From assembly GCA_963764715.1 (NCBI GenBank), contig CAVXTP010000014.1:32001-96000 (forward strand): a stretch of 64,000 nt of DNA, given 5' to 3'. A program made the translations under genes and the position numbers. This DNA is from an uncultured Acidobacteriota bacterium. Lineage in GTDB: Bacteria > Acidobacteriota > Thermoanaerobaculia > UBA5066 > Gp7-AA6. The notes beneath the pieces were generated by a model. That model was not told where the DNA came from. It saw nothing but the letters and a program-made list of their open reading frames with translations, and made no database searches. The stretch's first letter is position 1, and each line of letters starts with the position of its first letter. Shown piece after piece: positions 60,678-64,000 of this stretch.

Positions 60678-61215
60678 GCCGGGCCGCCTGCTCGTCCTCG
60701 GGCTCGGCAACCTGCTCTGCGGCGACGACGGCCTCGGCGCGGCCGCCGTCGCCCGGCTCGACCGCGACTGGGAGGCGCCCGACGAGGCGCTCGTCCTCGA
60801 CGGCGGAACGCTCGGTCTCTCGCTCCTGCCGTACCTCGAGGACGCCGAGGACGCCATCCTCGTCGACGCCATCCGCGACGACGCGCCGGCCGGCGCGCTC
60901 GTGCGCCTGACGGGTGAAAACGTCGCGCCCGCGGTGCTCCATCGCCTCTCGCCCCACCAGGTCGGGGTCGCCGACCTGCTCGACGGAGCGCGGCTCCACG
61001 ACCGGTATCCGCGCCGCCTCGTGCTCCTCGGGCTCGTGCCCCTGACGCTGGGGCTCGGCGTCGAGCGCTCGGCCGGGGTCGAGGCCCGGATCCCCGACCT
61101 CGTCGAGGCGGTCGTCGAGGAGGCTCGCCGCATGGGCCACACCTTCGTGCGCAGGACGGACGATGAAAAAGTCTCTCGTTGTCGCGGCGATGTGGCTCGC
61201 GTTTTCGGCCTGTAG
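60670..61215 (+). CDS. hyaD: Hydrogenase maturation protease
   Basis: GLGNLLCGDDGLG, DGGTLG, LVDA, SPHQ. Confidence 0.93.
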   Translation: MAEPGRLLVLGLGNLLCGDDGLGAAAVARLDRDWEAPDEALVLDGGTLGLSLLPYLEDAEDAILVDAIRDDAPAGALVRLTGENVAPAVLHRLSPHQVGVADLLDGARLHDRYPRRLVLLGLVPLTLGLGVERSAGVEARIPDLVEAVVEEARRMGHTFVRRTDDEKVSRCRGDVARVFGL

Positions 61216-61561
61216 GGGCGGGGACGGCCGCCTGCCGGAGCCGTACCGGAGCCTGGCCGTGCCCGAGGAGCGGCTGCGCTCGGCCGAGGCGCGGGCGCAC
61301 GGCCGCGCGCTCTATCTGCAGAACTGCGCCCTCTGTCACGGCGAGCGCGCCGACGGCCGCGGCGTCCGGCAGCAGGCCCTGAGCACTCCCCCGCGCGACT
61401 TCACCGATCCGGCCTGGCGCAGGCGCACTTCTCCGCGCCAGGTGTTCCACGTCATCCGCGAGGGCTCCCCCGGCACGCCGATGCCGGCCTGGAAGGCCCT
61501 CGACGAAAACGACGCGTGGGACCTGACCGCCTACCTGCTCGCCGTCGGAGAGAGGCCGTGA
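61163..61561 (+). CDS. Monoheme cytochrome c lipoprotein
   Basis: FSAC lipobox; CALCH; GTPMPAW distal Met. Confidence 0.88.
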   Translation: MKKSLVVAAMWLAFSACRGGDGRLPEPYRSLAVPEERLRSAEARAHGRALYLQNCALCHGERADGRGVRQQALSTPPRDFTDPAWRRRTSPRQVFHVIREGSPGTPMPAWKALDENDAWDLTAYLLAVGERP

Positions 61562-63849
61562 GCGCGCAGGGACGGCGCATCGAGGTCCGCGGGATCGTGC
61601 AGGGCGTCGGGTTCCGGCCCTGGGTCTACCGCCTCGCCCGCGAGGAGGGCATCGGCGGGCGGGTCTCCAACGGAACGGAAGGAGTCACGATCGAAGCCTT
61701 CGGCCTCGACGCGGCGCTCGATGCGTTCCTCGACCGGCTGCGCTCGAGCCCGCCGCCCGCGGCCCGCATCCGGGAGCTCGAGTGGACGCCGATCCCCGCG
61801 GAGCTCGCGAGGGAGTTCGTCATCGTCGAGAGCCGCGCCGGGGGAACCCGCCGCGTCTCGATCCCGGCCGACCTCGCCACCTGCCCGGATTGCCTGCGCG
61901 AGGTCTTCGATCCGGAGAACCGCCGCTACCGCTACCCGTTCACCAACTGCACCAACTGCGGCCCCCGCTTCACGATCGCCCGCGGCGTGCCGTACGACCG
62001 GCCGGCGACCACGATGGCGTCCTTTCGCATGTGCGCGGACTGCCAGCGCGAGTACGACTCGCCGCTCGACCGCCGTTTCCACGCCCAGCCCAACGCCTGT
62101 CCCGCCTGCGGCCCGCGCCTCTTCGCCGTGGATGCCCGCGCCCGAATTCTCGACGCGGCCGACCCGATCCGCGCCGCCGTGCAGGTCCTCCGGGACGGCG
62201 GCATCCTCGCCCTCAAGGGCATCGGCGGCTTCCACCTCGCCTGCGACGCCACCGCGCCGCCGGCCGTCGCCCTGCTGCGCCGCCGGAAGCGGCGCGACGA
62301 GAAGCCCTTCGCCGTCATGGTCGGCGATCTCGAAGCGGCCGAAGAGGTCGCCGTCCTCTCCGGGGCGGACCGGACGCTCCTCACCGCGATCGAGAGGCCG
62401 ATCGTTCTCGTTCCGCGCCGCGGCCGAAGCCGCCTCGCACCCGAGATCGCGCCCCGCAATCCGCTCGTCGGTCTTCTCCTCCCCTACTCGCCGCTCCATC
62501 ACCTGCTCCTCGCCGACGCCGGGCGGCCCCTCGTCATGACCTCCGGCAACCTCTCGGAGGAGCCGATCGCGTACGAAGACCGCGACGCCCTCGCGCGGCT
62601 CGCGGGCATCGCCGACCTCTTCCTGGTGCACGACCGGGAGATCGAGTCGCGCTCGGACGACTCGGTGGCGCGCGTCGTCGCGGGCCGCCCCGTCGTCTTC
62701 CGGCGGTCCCGCGGCTACGTACCGCGCGGCGTGCCCGTGCGGCGGCCGTTCGAGCGTCCCGTGCTCGCCTGCGGGGGCCACCTGAAGAACACGTTCTGCA
62801 TCGGCCTCGGCGACACGGCGTGGCTCGGCCCGCACATCGGAGACCTCGACGGCCTCGACACCGTCCGCGCCTTCGAAGAGGCGATCGAGCGCGCCGAGCG
62901 CTTCCTCGGGGTCCGTCCCGAGGTGGTCGCGCACGACCTTCATCCCCTCTACGCGTCGACGCGCTACGCGCTGGAGCGGCCGGAGGCGCAGAAGGTCGCG
63001 GTCCAGCATCACCACGCCCACGTGGCGAGCGCCATGGCCGAGCACGGGCTCGAAGGCCCGGTCCTCGGCGTCGCCTTCGACGGCACCGGATACGGAACCG
63101 ACGGCACCGCCTGGGGCGGCGAGCTGCTGCTCGCGTCCGCCGACCGGTTCGAACGCGCGGGCACGCTCCGGCCGATCGCGCTGCCCGGCGCCGACCAGGC
63201 GATCCGCGAGGTCTGGCGGATCGCGGCGGCGCTGCTGTGCGACGCGTTCGGCGACGATCCGCCCTTCGACGCCTTCCCCGTCTTTTCGGAGGTCCCGGCC
63301 CGCCGCCTCGAGCTCGTCCGCCAGATGGCCCTCCGGGGCATCCAGGCGCCGCTCGCCCGCGGCGTCGGCCGGTACTTCGACGCGCTGGGCTCCCTCTTTC
63401 TCTCCCGGCCCGTCTCCCGCTTCGAAGGCCAGGTCGCACAGGAGTGGAACTTCGCCGCCGACGTGCGCGAGCGCGGCGCCTATCCCTTCGAGATCGCCGC
63501 GGACCATGGCCTGCGGACGCTCGACCTGCGGCCGCTCGTGCGGGCCGCGGCGGCCGACTTCCAGGGCGGGGCGTCCCCCTCCGAAATCTCGGGCCGCTTT
63601 CACAACACGCTCGCCGGAGCGACGGCGGCGATGGTCCGGGCCGCGGCCGAAACGGCCGGCGCGCTTCCGGTCGTGCTGACGGGAGGATGCTTCCAGAACG
63701 CCCTCCTGACCGAGCGCGTCCTCGCCGCGCTGACGCCCGAGTTCCGGGTCTTCCTCCACGGCGAAGTGCCGCCCGGCGACGGCGGCCTCGCCCTCGGCCA
63801 GGCGCTCGTCGCCGGCGCGGTCGCACGCTCGAGCGAAGGAGGTTTCTGA
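61558..63849 (+). CDS. hypF: Carbamoyltransferase HypF
   Basis: GIVQGVGFRP, zinc fingers CPDC/CTNC/CADC/CPAC, KGIGGFHL, QHHHAH, PPGDGGLALGQ. Confidence 0.97.
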   Translation: MSAQGRRIEVRGIVQGVGFRPWVYRLAREEGIGGRVSNGTEGVTIEAFGLDAALDAFLDRLRSSPPPAARIRELEWTPIPAELAREFVIVESRAGGTRRVSIPADLATCPDCLREVFDPENRRYRYPFTNCTNCGPRFTIARGVPYDRPATTMASFRMCADCQREYDSPLDRRFHAQPNACPACGPRLFAVDARARILDAADPIRAAVQVLRDGGILALKGIGGFHLACDATAPPAVALLRRRKRRDEKPFAVMVGDLEAAEEVAVLSGADRTLLTAIERPIVLVPRRGRSRLAPEIAPRNPLVGLLLPYSPLHHLLLADAGRPLVMTSGNLSEEPIAYEDRDALARLAGIADLFLVHDREIESRSDDSVARVVAGRPVVFRRSRGYVPRGVPVRRPFERPVLACGGHLKNTFCIGLGDTAWLGPHIGDLDGLDTVRAFEEAIERAERFLGVRPEVVAHDLHPLYASTRYALERPEAQKVAVQHHHAHVASAMAEHGLEGPVLGVAFDGTGYGTDGTAWGGELLLASADRFERAGTLRPIALPGADQAIREVWRIAAALLCDAFGDDPPFDAFPVFSEVPARRLELVRQMALRGIQAPLARGVGRYFDALGSLFLSRPVSRFEGQVAQEWNFAADVRERGAYPFEIAADHGLRTLDLRPLVRAAAADFQGGASPSEISGRFHNTLAGATAAMVRAAAETAGALPVVLTGGCFQNALLTERVLAALTPEFRVFLHGEVPPGDGGLALGQALVAGAVARSSEGGF

Positions 63850-64000
63850 TGTGCCTCGGAGTTCCGGGCCGCGTGCTCGCCGTCGAGGGCCTGACGGCCA
63901 CCGTCGACTTCTGGGGGATCCGGCGCCAGGTGCGCCTCGACGTCGTCGACCAGGCGGTCGAACCGGGCGACTACATCCTCAACCACGTCGGCTTCGCGAT
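63849..64000 (+). CDS. hypC: Hydrogenase chaperone HypC (truncated by window end)
   Basis: MCLGVPGRV...VEPGDYILNHVGFA. Confidence 0.93.
   Translation, partial: MCLGVPGRVLAVEGLTATVDFWGIRRQVRLDVVDQAVEPGDYILNHVGFA

Overview
High-GC bacterial chromosomal segment, probably Acidobacteriota (inferred from a Ser/Thr kinase fused to a TolB-like propeller, DUF4388, and a group 1 [NiFe]-hydrogenase with an Asn-substituted proximal motif). It contains housekeeping genes (yebC-ruvC, gatB-ftsEX, pgeF, uvrD/pcrA, glmU-glmS, HU) and the start of an uptake hydrogenase operon. A ~19 kb co-oriented accessory block (6.1-25 kb) carries three Cys-type arylsulfatases, an internally deleted fourth, an octaheme cytochrome c-HEAT/TPR lipoprotein, three outer-membrane barrels, a secreted HAD hydrolase and a FixLJ/NodVW-like signalling set. 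I found no tRNA, rRNA, CRISPR array, integrase or transposase. The most unusual signals are: (1) a 155-190 bp dispersed element (4 full copies and 1 partial) with compensatory base changes and GNA triloops, abutting stop codons in 4 of 5 copies, probably a folded ssDNA mobile or REP-like element; (2) an M4/M36-like metallopeptidase coupled to a lipoprotein of two Trypco2-like domains; (3) a solitary phage tail-tube (gp19)-like protein with a Sec signal peptide; (4) the sulfatase-octaheme-porin block with no sulfatase maturase in the window. All family assignments come from motif recognition by eye, not database searches.
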